Notes: generated from the letters alone by a model not told the origin. A stretch of DNA of 64,000 bases from Phallusia mammillata (GCA_965637545.1 OZ281497.1:13516001-13580000); one strand, 5' to 3'; shown: positions 38,033 to 50,153, counted from the first letter of the stretch. Numbers and translations: made by a program.

Positions 38033-39678
38033 ATGGATCTTCATTTTGCCGTGCGCAACAAGGTTTTGGCGGAAATACGATTTCTGGTAGAGAGCGGAAC
38101 GGATCCTAATATCCGCGATGAAGAATTACTCACACCACTTATGTTGTGTTGCTTAGAAAACGACGAAGTTTGGTCGGTTGGGGTCGCTCGTATGTTGCTG
38201 CAGGTATTACAAAGTACAATACGATTTAAGACTTTGCTTTAGGGGCGCAAACTTCCGGCATTTCTTAACTGGGCAGATTGTAGGCTACATCTTTTTTGCT
38301 AAAACTTTTTTCGGGGTTTATTTGTTAAATGTCAAACTTGCTTACGTCAAACGTATCTTGTAAACAATCAATAGGTTTCCCAAGCCAATAAAACAGTTCT
38401 CAACTATTACAGACCGGGGCGAAAGTTGAATGCGTGGACAAATCCGGTAGAAATGCGCTGATGCTTTGTTCTCTGTTTAAACGTCGACAACTCGCTGCGC
38501 TATTGTTGAAAGCTATCGACTTTGATTTGGATACGGTAAGCGATTGCAACAAAATGTATTACAATGAAACTTAAATTGGGGTTTTCAGTCTGATTATGCT
38601 GGAAACACGGCGTTGCACTATGCGGTGCTCGGCGGTGACTCATATATCGTAAAGGAGCTCGTATACGCCCTCAAGCGTCAACAATTGTCGCACCGATCAA
38701 TAAATAAACAAGGGCACACAGCTATGAGCTTGGCTAAGCAAATGAAAAAAGTGGAAATTGTTGAACTATTTCGTTCCCCAGAGCTCGAGTGCGCAAGATA
38801 CGAAAAAGATTTTGTTGTACAGGTGCGGTAAACCTTCACATACAAATCAACCAAGGTGAAAAACTTCTTATGGCCGGCTGTTTTGTTTTTACAGATACCT
38901 AAGAAACTTCTTCGTCGTCCATGGGATGACGAAATGCATCTAATCCAACATCCTAACTTACTCCGGAAAAGTTTAACAAGAGAAATAATTGAAGGTGCTC
39001 AAACTCACCGAGCCCGTTCATTGAATATACCAGGTATTCGTCCATCCCGGCATACGAATAAGGGCGTTGCAAAGAAAAATGCCAAAGTTAAAAGAAACAA
39101 AGCTAACCAGACTAAACCGGACGCTGGATTTGAATGCGAAATTGAGGGTAACTCGTGGCGTACGTTCTTACCAGAGTATTTAACCATTCTCAAAGAGCAG
39201 CAGTCAGCATCTTACCGACATTGTGCCAAAACAGTTTCTCAATCGTATGACGAAATTTTTAACTTTGTGACGATGGAAGACAAGGTCTCTTCAGAATCTG
39301 AAGATAGCTCCACAGGTAACAGTCAGTTTTTTCTATCTTCATTATATGAACATATGGCCTGTACTACGTTCTATTACAGATAAAAATTTGGCACCTATAA
39401 ACCCAGGAGTCGGCGCCCGACGCAAGAGTACTATTAGGTATCCACCAGCGGACTCACAAGGTGTCAGCAGAAGTCGATCGAATTCTGATGTATACGAGGC
39501 TTTTGCACTTCAACCCGATGGAAAGCGCAGAAATCGTCGACAGTCGATGCAACTATTATCAAACCATGCTCTGTTGGAAAGAAGAAAAACTCTCGCGCGA
39601 CTTTCAAACGAACGATTGCCCACAGTGGCCGAAAACGCAAAGGTCGCCCAGGGAAAACCGCGGAAAATACCCGCGTAA
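38033..39678 (+). CDS. N-terminal ankyrin-repeat protein (~4 repeats) with disordered basic C-terminus
   Basis: Exons 38033-38203, 38413-38535, 38589-38822, 38895-39315, 39380-39678. Repeats include GTDPNIRDEELLTPLMLCC, DKSGRNALMLC, DYAGNTALHYAV, NKQGHTAMSLA. Confidence 0.8.
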
Positions 39679-40498
39679 GGAAAGTAGCAAATCGACTATT
39701 ATTTCGTTTTCCAAAAGTAAAAACTTGTACATATTAAAAAAAGGAATGATCACAAAAAGAAACAGTCTGACAAAAAAGCGACCCCTTTAAACTTGCCAAG
39801 TAATTTGACCCAAACCTAAAATTTTACGTCAGTATTTTTAAATAAAAAACTTCTTCGACGCGGATAAAAACCTTATGTAGCCGCGTCTATGAAAAAGTTC
39901 AATTTCTTTTCAGTAATGTACACACAAAGATGTTTGTCAGTCTTTGTTTTTGGTTCTGAAAAAAATAAGCGTTTTTTGAGAGGGATACCTAAAAAAGCCG
40001 ACTCGGTTTCATGTCTTGAACATGTCCACTCTAGTTCGCTTAATAGTCTGAAAATAGCACAAGTATTGCAAAAGGCGCGCACTTTCGACAGCGACTCATG
40101 GAAGAACTGACCGTTTCGACCAAACATAAATGGGTCAAGCACTCAGCGTTTTAACAGCTTACTCTACTAATAATGCCCGCCAACTTCCTGACACTTAAAC
40201 AGTGTATATCAGTACCTTAGTTTATACAGTCATCACACCCCTTTTTTGGTTCAAAACGAGTATTATCAAGCCAATGTTTGCCCTTTATGTTAACAGTAAA
40301 CACAATGTATTGGAGACAGTTTGGTTTCAAAACTCTTAACAGTGAACAAAACTTTGTACATATGCCCCAAAGAAACATAATGCTTGGCAAGATGCAAGAA
40401 CACAAAATGGTAAAGTAACACATAGACAGTGATGTACTTGTACGTGGTGAAGAACTGAAGTACTGTTACCAACATAACAACAAAGCAGAGCACAAAAA

Positions 40499-42803
40499 CT
40501 ACAAGTATTGCAAGCCAGGTATACTGAAACCCCTAGCAAAAGCAGTGACCTCATTTTTAATCTCTGTTATTTTTTGTTGCACTCCTGGATCACCATACAA
40601 TTTTGTCTTAAAATCCTTAAAAGTTGCCTTGGGTGACAGAGATGATTGAATTTCAACTGTTAATTGAACGCCCCTGCAAACACATCTCAACATTAAAAAA
40701 CATGACCCTATTTAACCTGCTTAAAAAGGTACTTATACAGTGCTTGGTGCAATGTTTGAAGGTAAACACAACTATGTAGGTGGGGGTGGGCCAATTTAAC
40801 GACCAATAAGATTCTGGTTAGGTGCCATGACAATATTTATCAATGACAAACAACTGTATGAACACCACTTAACTGTTCAAAGAAAATACTCAAGCTATTG
40901 TCAATATTGTGTCCCATCATGACTCAACCTTTACACCCATGTAACAATATGCAAACAATACAGACTAATCTAAAATTAAGTCATCATCATACCTGTCAAC
41001 AAACTCAGCCACCTTTTGGAAATCATTTTCGTTTAAGCCTCTTGAAGTCAATGCAGGCGAGCCTAGTCGCAAACCACTTGGACGCAAAGCTGATTTGTCA
41101 CCTGGACAAGTGTTCTTGTTGCAAGCCACACCAATTAGCTCAAGAACTTTGTCAGTACGATTTCCATCTGTTCCCTATAATGTTTCAATGTAATGTTTAA
41201 TTAAAGTATAAAGTAAACTTAGCCTACACTTACCTGGCTTGTCAGGTTTACAAGAATAAGATGAGTATCAGTGCCACCAGAAACAACAGTATAGCCCATT
41301 TTGGTAAGTGATTTGGCAAGCTCTTGCGAATTTCGGATAACCTGAAGACTTACACTGTTTATATGTAATACAATATCAATAAACATCAAAATATGTAATT
41401 CCTAACCCGCTTTTGATATTCAACAAACTGAGGTGTTGCAGCTTGATGTAAAGCTACTGCAACACCAGCAATTGCATGATTATGTGGCCCACCCTGCAGA
41501 CCAGGAAACACAGCTTCATTTATTGGCTTTTCCAGATTGTACATTACAGCAGGCTTTGTTTGTGTTGCTGGAAATCTAACACCTCGGCGATAGAATATAA
41601 TTCCTGCCCGTGGACCCCTAATCCAAAATGTGTTTGATTGAATGACTTTTCATTACGTTTTACCATAAAATACCTCAATGTTTTATGAGTGGTACTTGTC
41701 ACAATGTCACAGTGTTCGAATGGTGATGGAATAACTCCAGCAGCAACTAGCCCACTAACATGAGCCATGTCTGCCATTAAATATGCTTGGTTTTCTGAAG
41801 CAATTTCTCTGAATTTTCTGTCGAAAAGATTATTCCTGTTTCAGCTTTAGCTGTTTAAATGGGTTATCAAGTTTTCACATTTTTACGTAGTTTCTTGTCT
41901 TCAAAAATTTATCGCACAAGAGACTTACTTATAATCCAGAAGACGGGGATAGCAGCTCATTCCTGCTATAATCATTTTTGGTTTAAATAATTTGGCATTG
42001 TTTGCAAGTTGCTCATAATCAATTAAACCTGTTTCTGGATTAACCTTTGATGCAAAAACAATAAAGATTTACAAAAAACTAAAATGCAGATGGGAACTGA
42101 ATAATTCAGTTTAACCTAGTTATTTTATGGGTAATTTGAGTGGACAAATTAAATTGTTGCATAATAGTATTTGGCATACACACTTTATATGGCATGGATT
42201 CAAAAAATATAGAAGTGGCAGAGATTTTCTTTTTCTCTGTCATAAACCCATGAGTCAAATGTCCTCCGTCAGGTAAATCCAATCCCATAATCCGTCCATG
42301 TGGCTCAACAATTGCTAAGGATAAAAGCATAACCTTGTTAAATTGTGTCAAAAACAGTAAACAAGTTTACATACCAGTATATACAGCAAAATTTCCTGGT
42401 GAACCAGAATATGGCTGCACATTTACACCCCATTCTTCTGGTGACAACTTATACAGACTCAGTGCTCTTTTTTGACAAAGTCTTTCTAATTCATCAATGT
42501 TTTCTGTACCACCATAGTATCTGTCATATTGCAAAACATGTTGCTTTGTTTGTATTCAAAAATGTTAAACCATTCCACAAACCTTACGCCTGGATAGCCT
42601 TCCGAATACTTGTTGTTCAAACATGAACCAAGTGCTTGCAGAACGGCGGCACTTGCAAAATTTTCTGAGGCGATTAATTCCAGTCCGTCCCTTTGGCGCT
42701 CCTTTTCATTTCGAATAATTCTGTAAATATCAGGGTCATTTTCTTTAAGCGACTCCTCCAGCCAGTTTGAACCGCCATTACAAGTAAAATCGCCTGAAGC
42801 CAT
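40499..42803 (-). CDS. SHMT1: Serine hydroxymethyltransferase, cytosolic type
   Basis: Multi-exon. [48 protein letters not shown]-lysine motif [48 protein letters not shown]; ends FSIPGLQYL*. No ATG-initiated mitochondrial presequence seen. Confidence 0.95.
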
Positions 42804-42940
42804 GGTCCTTTCTTCCAATGCAGCAACAACACACCAACCACGTGCCACAGATACCGCTGAATGGAACGATAACGTCAAATTTCCTATTTATATATGGCAA
42901 CATGAAATCAATCATGCAGAACGATCAAAACATTGCTTTT

Positions 42941-42952
42941 TTTGGCGGGAAA
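42941..42952. promoter_or_regulatory. Consensus E2F site in the SHMT1-TERT spacer
   Basis: TTTGGCGGGAAA exact match; minus-strand TATATAAA at 42894-42887 upstream of SHMT1. Confidence 0.55.
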
Positions 42953-43176
42953 CTGCAACTGCAACTTGCGCAGCAGTTTAAGAGCATCAGGTGTTATCTT
43001 CTTCTGCTTTTCTAATTACAATTAGTTAATATTAATACGTGCTATTAAAAAAAATCCAGATGCTCTGTAACAAATTCCCGTGATGGTGATGTATCGGCTA
43101 TCGGGGATTGGTTGATCACTCTTCCCTATTTTTCTATTCAATTTGATGTTGGATATAACATGCACTTACTTGAAAA

Positions 43177-46100
43177 ATGTGCAATCAAGAGTCTCAAAAT
43201 CTTAGTTTGTGGTCTCTACGATATTCTTCCAATTGTGCAGTTAAATCTCACCCCTTTACATGTAGTCACTTGCTGCAATATTTATCATCAAGTCAAACCT
43301 CCGCCAGAAAAATGGTCAGAGAAATATTTCATCAGCAATCAGCAAAAGACACTTACAAACGATTGGTAGTAAGAAGAATAAACTTAAAGAAAAGTTTACA
43401 GAATCAGAAAAAAACCAAAGAAACATCAGAGTTTATGAAAACATTTGGATTTCTGCACAGAGATTTTCAGGAACAAGAAAGAACACTTATTTGCCAAACA
43501 AAAGTTAGTGTTCCAAGGTCATCACGCAAAGCCATTAAATTGTGCAAGATTATCTTAAAACAATCAAAGAAAAAATATTACTATCCATTGCTTAACATCT
43601 ACTGTCCACTGGTATTGCCAAACAATTTTTCAGATGATATTATTGCCCAAAAGTCAACTCAAGAATTGGTTGAAGAAAATGCAAGATATTTGGAAATGGA
43701 TACCTCTAAAACGGAGGTTTGTCAATAAAGATTTATTATTGTTGTCAACTGTCAGCTGATAGGTGTTAGCAAGGAGTATTAACAATTCTTTTTTAGGTGT
43801 TTTTATTCCTACGTGCTGTCATAAGAAGAATCCTACCAATGAAGGAAACATGGGGTTGCGGTAAAAATGAATCTTTGTTTTTAAAACACATTAAAAGCTT
43901 ACTGACCATGCGTGCATATGACAAAATTAGTGTTGAAGAAATGGTTGATGGCTTAATAACAAAAGACATTCCGTGGGTTTCAAGTGAGATTTTTTTAGCA
44001 TACAAAACTTACTTGCAATTTTATACAAAAAAAAAGAAAAAAAAAGATTCCAACGAAGCAAGTACTAAACCCTAAAAGATCTTTTAAAAATTATGCTTTG
44101 TATTTTAGATGGCCATAGATTGAAAATGCTCAAAACCTTTGTTTTCTGGTTTTTGAAAGATGTTCTATATGTCATCATCAGGCATTTCTTTTATATAACT
44201 GAACATTCATGCTTCAGAAATAGGAAAGTGTTGAATGTTATAATTTAATCTTATATTCATTATTGAATGATGCTCGTATTTCTCAGTTCAACATATAATA
44301 CTAGTAAAAGTAAATAAAAATAAAAATTTAATGATGCTATTATTTAGGCTGGTGTTTTATCGCAAAGAACTCTGGAAGAGTATTGTACGAAATGGTGTCA
44401 CAATTTTGCTCAACAATAAAATTTGGGGTTATAATTTAAGTACAAACAAAGAAGGAGCTTGTTTTCGGTGCAGATTTTGTCCTAAATCATCCAGTATTCG
44501 ACCTATCATATATTTACCAGTGGCAAAAATGACAGACAAGCCAGCAGGTGTAAGTAAAAACCATTTTAGCAGAACACCTTTACATTGCAGCTGTGGGCTG
44601 CATTTTTTTCAGGCAACAGTGTTTTACAATACAGTTCTACAATTTATTTAAATACAACTGCAATAACAAAGCACAAAAGCAGACCACTAACCACTTTTAT
44701 AACCTTGCTTAGAAAATGGAAGCAACTATAGTTTTGAAGATTTTGCAACACATATGCAAGAAATGTCCATGGTTAATAGGTTGTGCTGCACAAGGAATAA
44801 AAGAAATTCATCTTAAGTGGAATAAGTTTGTAACAGCTTCACAATCTACTGCACATGATTTAAAATTGTTCTTTGTAAAGGTGTGTAAGTATTTATGGTT
44901 TCCCTTGTCTATTTCAAGTGGATATTATTAAACTTGAAGGAAATTGGACAGTACGCTTCACCGTTGTTGTTTTTATTCGATATTTTGACCCTTTTTTGTC
45001 AATCCCAATTTTCATTAAAAATGGGACGATATATTCTAGTGTATTTTTCGCGCTGGTCTCCCAAGGTTTGGTGATGGTTGTTCACAGGCTAAATTTTTGT
45101 CTGTACTTACAAATGTTTGGAACCAAAGCCTTCATTCCATAGTTATATATGTGTGTAGTGTTTGAAACCTAACCCCTCTTGCAGGTTGATGCTGATCGTT
45201 GTTTTGACAGAATACCTGTTGACAAGTTATTGGAAGTTTTGAAGTTAATTTTGCAAAAGTATGTGTTTGAAGTATATTCAATCATGTTTGAAGTATGCTT
45301 TATTGTTTTATGTTGCATTTACTTTGTAGAGCTGGAAGCACAAAAGTATCACACTTATCTCCGGTAAGATTTTTTATAGTGTGTGTGAAATTAAACTTCA
45401 CAATAGAAGTGCATTAGTATACATTGCAAATCAATAAATGAAATGTAAACCAGTACTAAATATTTACATCACTTCTACATTGAGGGTTTATTAAAATGGT
45501 AAAAAGTCCTCCCCCCTAACCTTTGATCAAACAATAGATGTTTAGTATCATTGGTTTGCCATTAAAAATTATGTATTCAAACTTTTGTTTTTAGACTTAC
45601 AGAAAAGTTTTTGATTGCTCAGAGGAAATTTTACTCTTTGTACAAAAATCTCTTGAGAATGTTTCTATAACTTGCATGGGCAAGGTGATTTTCACAATAA
45701 ACTATGAAAATTGTTTTCTTCATAAGCTTACTTATTCGTTTTAGAAATATGCAAAATTAGAAGGAATACCCCAAGGGTGGTGTTTATCAAAAATTTTATG
45801 TGACATTCTTTATGGTGACATGGAAATCAAGTATTTTCCAAGTTTAGCATCAGGAACATCATCTGGTGTGTTTGTTTTTTTGGTTTTAATCAACAAAAGT
45901 TAACAGCAAATACATTAATTTGATTTGTCAGATCTTCTTGTACGCTTTGCTGATGACTTTTTGTTTGTTAGTTCAAACCAGCTGAATGCTGAGAATTTTT
46001 TAAGGTATGACCTATATAAGTACTTTTAGGTATACATAAAAGAAAATCAGAGAAATAAGTCAAATAGTTACATTTGACATAAGTGAAAGTTAGAATCGAA

Positions 46101-49100
46101 TTCTGTAATGACAAAATAGCATCAATGCACCTTTTTAAGTGCTCAAAAACTACTTAGTTGCTGTACTAATACCTACAATGCAAATTAATATTCCACTAAG
46201 CATATTCAATTTTTATTTGTCATGTAGTGTTATGAGTTCAGTTGAGAAGTTAATTCTCCCTGTATGATGACAGTTTTAGACTGCAATGATTGTAATTTAA
46301 CATTTTTTTGCCAAAACTGACCTTGATGTTAAATTGTGATCGTGACCAAGCTGATCTTGTTTGAGTTCCATCATAGTGTAGTTTTGTGCTGCACACTTTG
46401 CAGACATGTAGAGAAAACTATGAATTGTTATGTACAGTGTTATTTTATGCAGGTTATTTTGTGCAGTTTAATTGTGCAAATCTATTTGCAGAACGATGCA
46501 CAATGGATTTCCTGAGTATGGATGTTTCATAAATGCAAGAAAAAGTCAAACAAATTTCCTTGTTTCTACAAACCTATTTATCAATTGTGAGTTCCTGGTG
46601 TGAATTGTTCTCAACTGGATCTGATAAAAAATATAACGCTTATTGGTTATAAGCAGGGTTGCCATACCGTCCTTATTTCTAAGATTTGTCCTTATTTTTG
46701 ACTTGAGTCCTTCTTTTATCTTATTTTTAACCATTACTAGTCAAATCTGTGCTACCTGAGCTGTTGTGAGATGCACGAAGTATTTTCTACGAACAAGGAG
46801 TAGCTACAAAAAGATTGTTTCTGGCCAAAATATTGCATATGATATGTCATGGCTCTTGTAAATGCAAAGATTTGTTCAAAAACGTTGGTTTTGTTTCGTA
46901 TGAAAATTTAAGTTTTCAGTTGGTCCTTATTTTTGGTTTCAAGTCGATGGCAACCCTGGTTATAAGTGAGATAAACCCACAAGCAACCAATACAAACAGT
47001 TTAAGCTTGAATTTCATCCAGGTGAAAAGATTACAGAGCAGCAGCAAGCATCTCCCTTTCCATGGTTTGGTTTGCTTTTTCCAACGTGTCTGCCTCCGTC
47101 ATTTAAAGATGGAAAAATTTCTGGAGGTAAAACATCTCTTTTAAACTGATATTCAAGAACCTTAAAAAGTTGGTTGTAACAAAATTGACTGTACATGCAA
47201 CGTTGGGAGGTGAAAGTTTTTTCTTCGAGATGAAGAAGATGGTAAAAAAGCAAATTGAACCATAAAACCTACCTTATCCATAGTTTTGTTTAACAACAAA
47301 AGTAATGAAGTATGTCGTACATAAGACACAGAGTAGATTACTAAAAACAAATTTGCCAGTAAATCATAAACATTCGACTGCGTAATACAATGTCGAACGT
47401 CGATAATATAATGTCGAACGTCGATTTTTTTTATTTTACCACGCAAATGAATGTCTACGATTTGTTCTTCTATATCACTGGCATTTTTGTTTTTAAAAAA
47501 ATCTCACAAATCGGTTTTAGGAAAAGTTTCAGGTGAAAAACTTAACAAGAGTTACGGTTTAATTTTTTTCACGTGTAGACGAATTCTTTTTTTGCGGCTT
47601 GACGCAGCTGAAAACGTTTAAATTGGTGTACAAATTTTTTAGGATCAAAGTTATATGGTGTTTCGCTGGATCTCTCCCGTTACAAGGAAATAGGTTCGAT
47701 ACGAGATTGCATCACAGTCGGCAGTACTATTCCCTGCAGTATTGTTTCTACAACGCTGAAAAGGAACCTGAGACTTCGTCTTCTGCCCATCTGTTTTGAT
47801 CCCGAGGTAAAATATATGGCATAATACTAAAGATAATATTGAACGTAGAAGAACTTTTCTGAAATTGTATTACAGTCAAACTTCGATACTATGCCACCTT
47901 GCTATTATGCCACCCTCGCTACTATACCATTTTTGATCGTCACCAACTAAATTCAATAGAAAATATCTTTACTATGTCACCCCTTACCCTTGATGCTATG
48001 ACACATGAGAGTACAGTATTACTGTATTAACGGTCTGGTTATGGATGGAAAAAGTGGGCCTTCTGATAACTTTCGGTTTGAGCTCATGATAAAACAGAGA
48101 AAACACGAAAAACAAATCGTTGAATAAACAAACGTAGTCAAGTTTCACAGCTTTGCAGCGAGTTATGTAAACGCCGTTCTGTGCTTGTGTAATAAAAATA
48201 ATTTATTTTGTAATAAATTATACTGTATACTGTAATAAATTATAATCGTACAACCCAACGTGGCATTACAGTACATTGTCACGTCACAAGGCTATGTTTA
48301 AAAACAACCCTCGCTATATGCCACTTTCTCTCGGTCCCAAAGCCCACGAAAGGTTGAGAACCACTGGTTTAGGAGTTATAACAACCAAAATACATATTAT
48401 TTTGTTAGGACCGAATTACCGTTGTAAATTAATTCGGTCAAACGGAATAACGAAAAAAATAATTTGCACAGAACGAATAACGTTATTTCGTTTTGTTCCG
48501 TTCCTTTATGAAACACTGCTTAAAACTGTGCATCAAGTTAGACATCAGTCTGTACTACGATGGTTAATTTATAACTAAAACACGTGGAGGCAGTGGCGGC
48601 TGTTAGTAAAATAATCACCTGTGATGTGGCCGTCGATTACGACAATGTTGTGCAACCATGATTCTAAACCCGACGACAAGTATGTTTGAACGGTGTTCGG
48701 GTTTTGGGATACCATAATCCCATGCTTTGTTTAAACAAGATTTAACTGCTATAACAGACACGACCCAACAATATTATCCTCAAAATTATAAGTTTACAAT
48801 GTGCTATTTAGATGCCGTTAAAAATATGAACTGTTTGTGTTTATTTGAAGATTAACACCACACTTCGAATACTCCGCAATATCTACGAAGTTGCCTTGGT
48901 TATTGCATCACAATGGATTGCGCATGACCTCAATCGTTTTCCGCGTCGACGACTTGCACGTAGACGTACAGAAGCTCTGTTCGGAATTGAATTGTTGGCA
49001 AAAGCGGCATTTTCCAGAATCCGAAAACAGTTTCCTGGTATTTTTGCAGCATTGGTTCCCAACCGTTTACTAAATGCGTACCATTTGTCAACTTTCACTG

Positions 49101-50153
49101 TGTCGGCGTACCACCTATAATCTTATTCATTAGCAACGGGAACTTTTCTTGATTAGGTTAGCGTATTTTTGAAACCACCAATATACTGTTATTTTTAAAG
49201 CAAAGTCCGAGGCACCTACTTTCCCCAATTCTTATCAATTAAAACGTAATATAACCTGAAAACTTCGTTAATGTGATTTACACACACAGCAAATGCCATA
49301 AACGCGTTTATGCCAAAATAGTACGCTATAAAGAGGTAGAGAAAGTGTTTTTTTTCTAGCTCAATAGTTGTTTGTTGCAATTCTTGATCTGACTTCAATA
49401 GACAACGCCTTAATGCGTTTTAATTATGTTAATTATGAGTCCGCTGTTCATGCGACTGTCCCATTACCAGTCCGTGGATCATACTGCCGTTTGGCATTAT
49501 CAATGGCCATGACACATCACTTGTGCTAAGCTGCAGTTGTAACATGATACTTATTACTTCATTTCAATATATGTTGCAGCAAAATTTCCTTCCCGTCAAG
49601 TTGTGCTTTGGATATTCTACAAAGCATTCAGCACAAAACTGAAGAGAAGATTGAATCAATACAAATCTATTGTGTTTCATTTGTCTTCAGGTATTAAATT
49701 AGCTCTAGATTGTTTTATTCATATACTGTATACCAGTGGTACTAAATACAGCATGATACCACACATGACTGCATGTTATCACAAGGTTGAAAGTTGTAAA
49801 GGACTTTGGAATATGGTTTTGTAAAAATTATAGTTTTGCAGACTTTTGAAATCGCTGACGATTAGAACTATTCGGGTTGGGTGAGAGTTTGTAATTGAAA
49901 TAGTAGTAGAATCTGGTCTAATTTACCCTTGTTGGGGCCTGTACTCTCACATTTCACTCACCATGCAGTATTCCAAGCGGTTTTATGCGGTAACATGTGC
50001 TATTTAGTACCACCCCTGTAAATACCTAATCTTGTTGGACGTTTAGTGATGCAGCACCAACTGTATAAAACACACCATCCCCAAATGCAACGCTTGCTCA
50101 AGCATTCAACTGCAGTATTTCCAGATGGTCTCAAACATATGTCTATGAAATAA
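43177..50153 (+). CDS. TERT: Telomerase reverse transcriptase, ~790 aa, 16 coding exons, no TEN domain
   Basis: Exons 43177-43716, 43797-43983, 44109-44223, 44348-44549, 44713-44880, 45185-45258, 45330-45363, 45595-45684, 45745-45865, 45932-46004, 46492-46586, 47022-47126, 47643-47806, 48851-49037, 49580-49690, 50047-50153 (2373 nt). Motifs: CP LLNIYCPL; QFP FLRAVIRRILP..WG; T FFYITE; 1/2 CRFCPKSSSIRPI; A FFVKVDADRCFDRIP; B' GIPQGWCLS; C LVRFADDFLFV; D GFPEYGCFIN; E FPWFGL; CTE RNIYEV and LWIFYKAFSTKL. Exact start codon uncertain. Confidence 0.92.
46654..46958. mobile_element. hAT-type MITE, 305 bp, in TERT intron 11
   Basis: TIR CAGGGTTGCCAT / ATGGCAACCCTG; perfect TSD GTTATAAG; internal GTCCTTATTT repeats. 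Confidence 0.92.
47873..48028. mobile_element. Possible Tc1/mariner-type MITE remnant in TERT intron 13
   Basis: TA|CAGTCAAAC start and ...TACTG|TA end, with CTATGCCACC-like subrepeats; TIR match is short. Confidence 0.35.

Noticed and set aside
43160-43230. MHLLEKCAI...VCG in another frame, resembling the TEN GQ motif
   Set aside because: It overlaps the same bases that encode the TRBD start in the true frame, with no linker or usable intron; likely coincidence.
46263-46320. C box ATGATGA and D box CTGA in TERT intron 10 (snoRNA candidate)
   Set aside because: No terminal stem and no guide recognised; such boxes are common in AT-rich DNA.
49038-49120. Read-through C-terminus GIFAALVPNRLL...AYHL* as the TERT end
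   Set aside because: Downstream exons 49580-49690 and 50047-50153 match the TERT C-terminal extension better; at most an intron-retention isoform.
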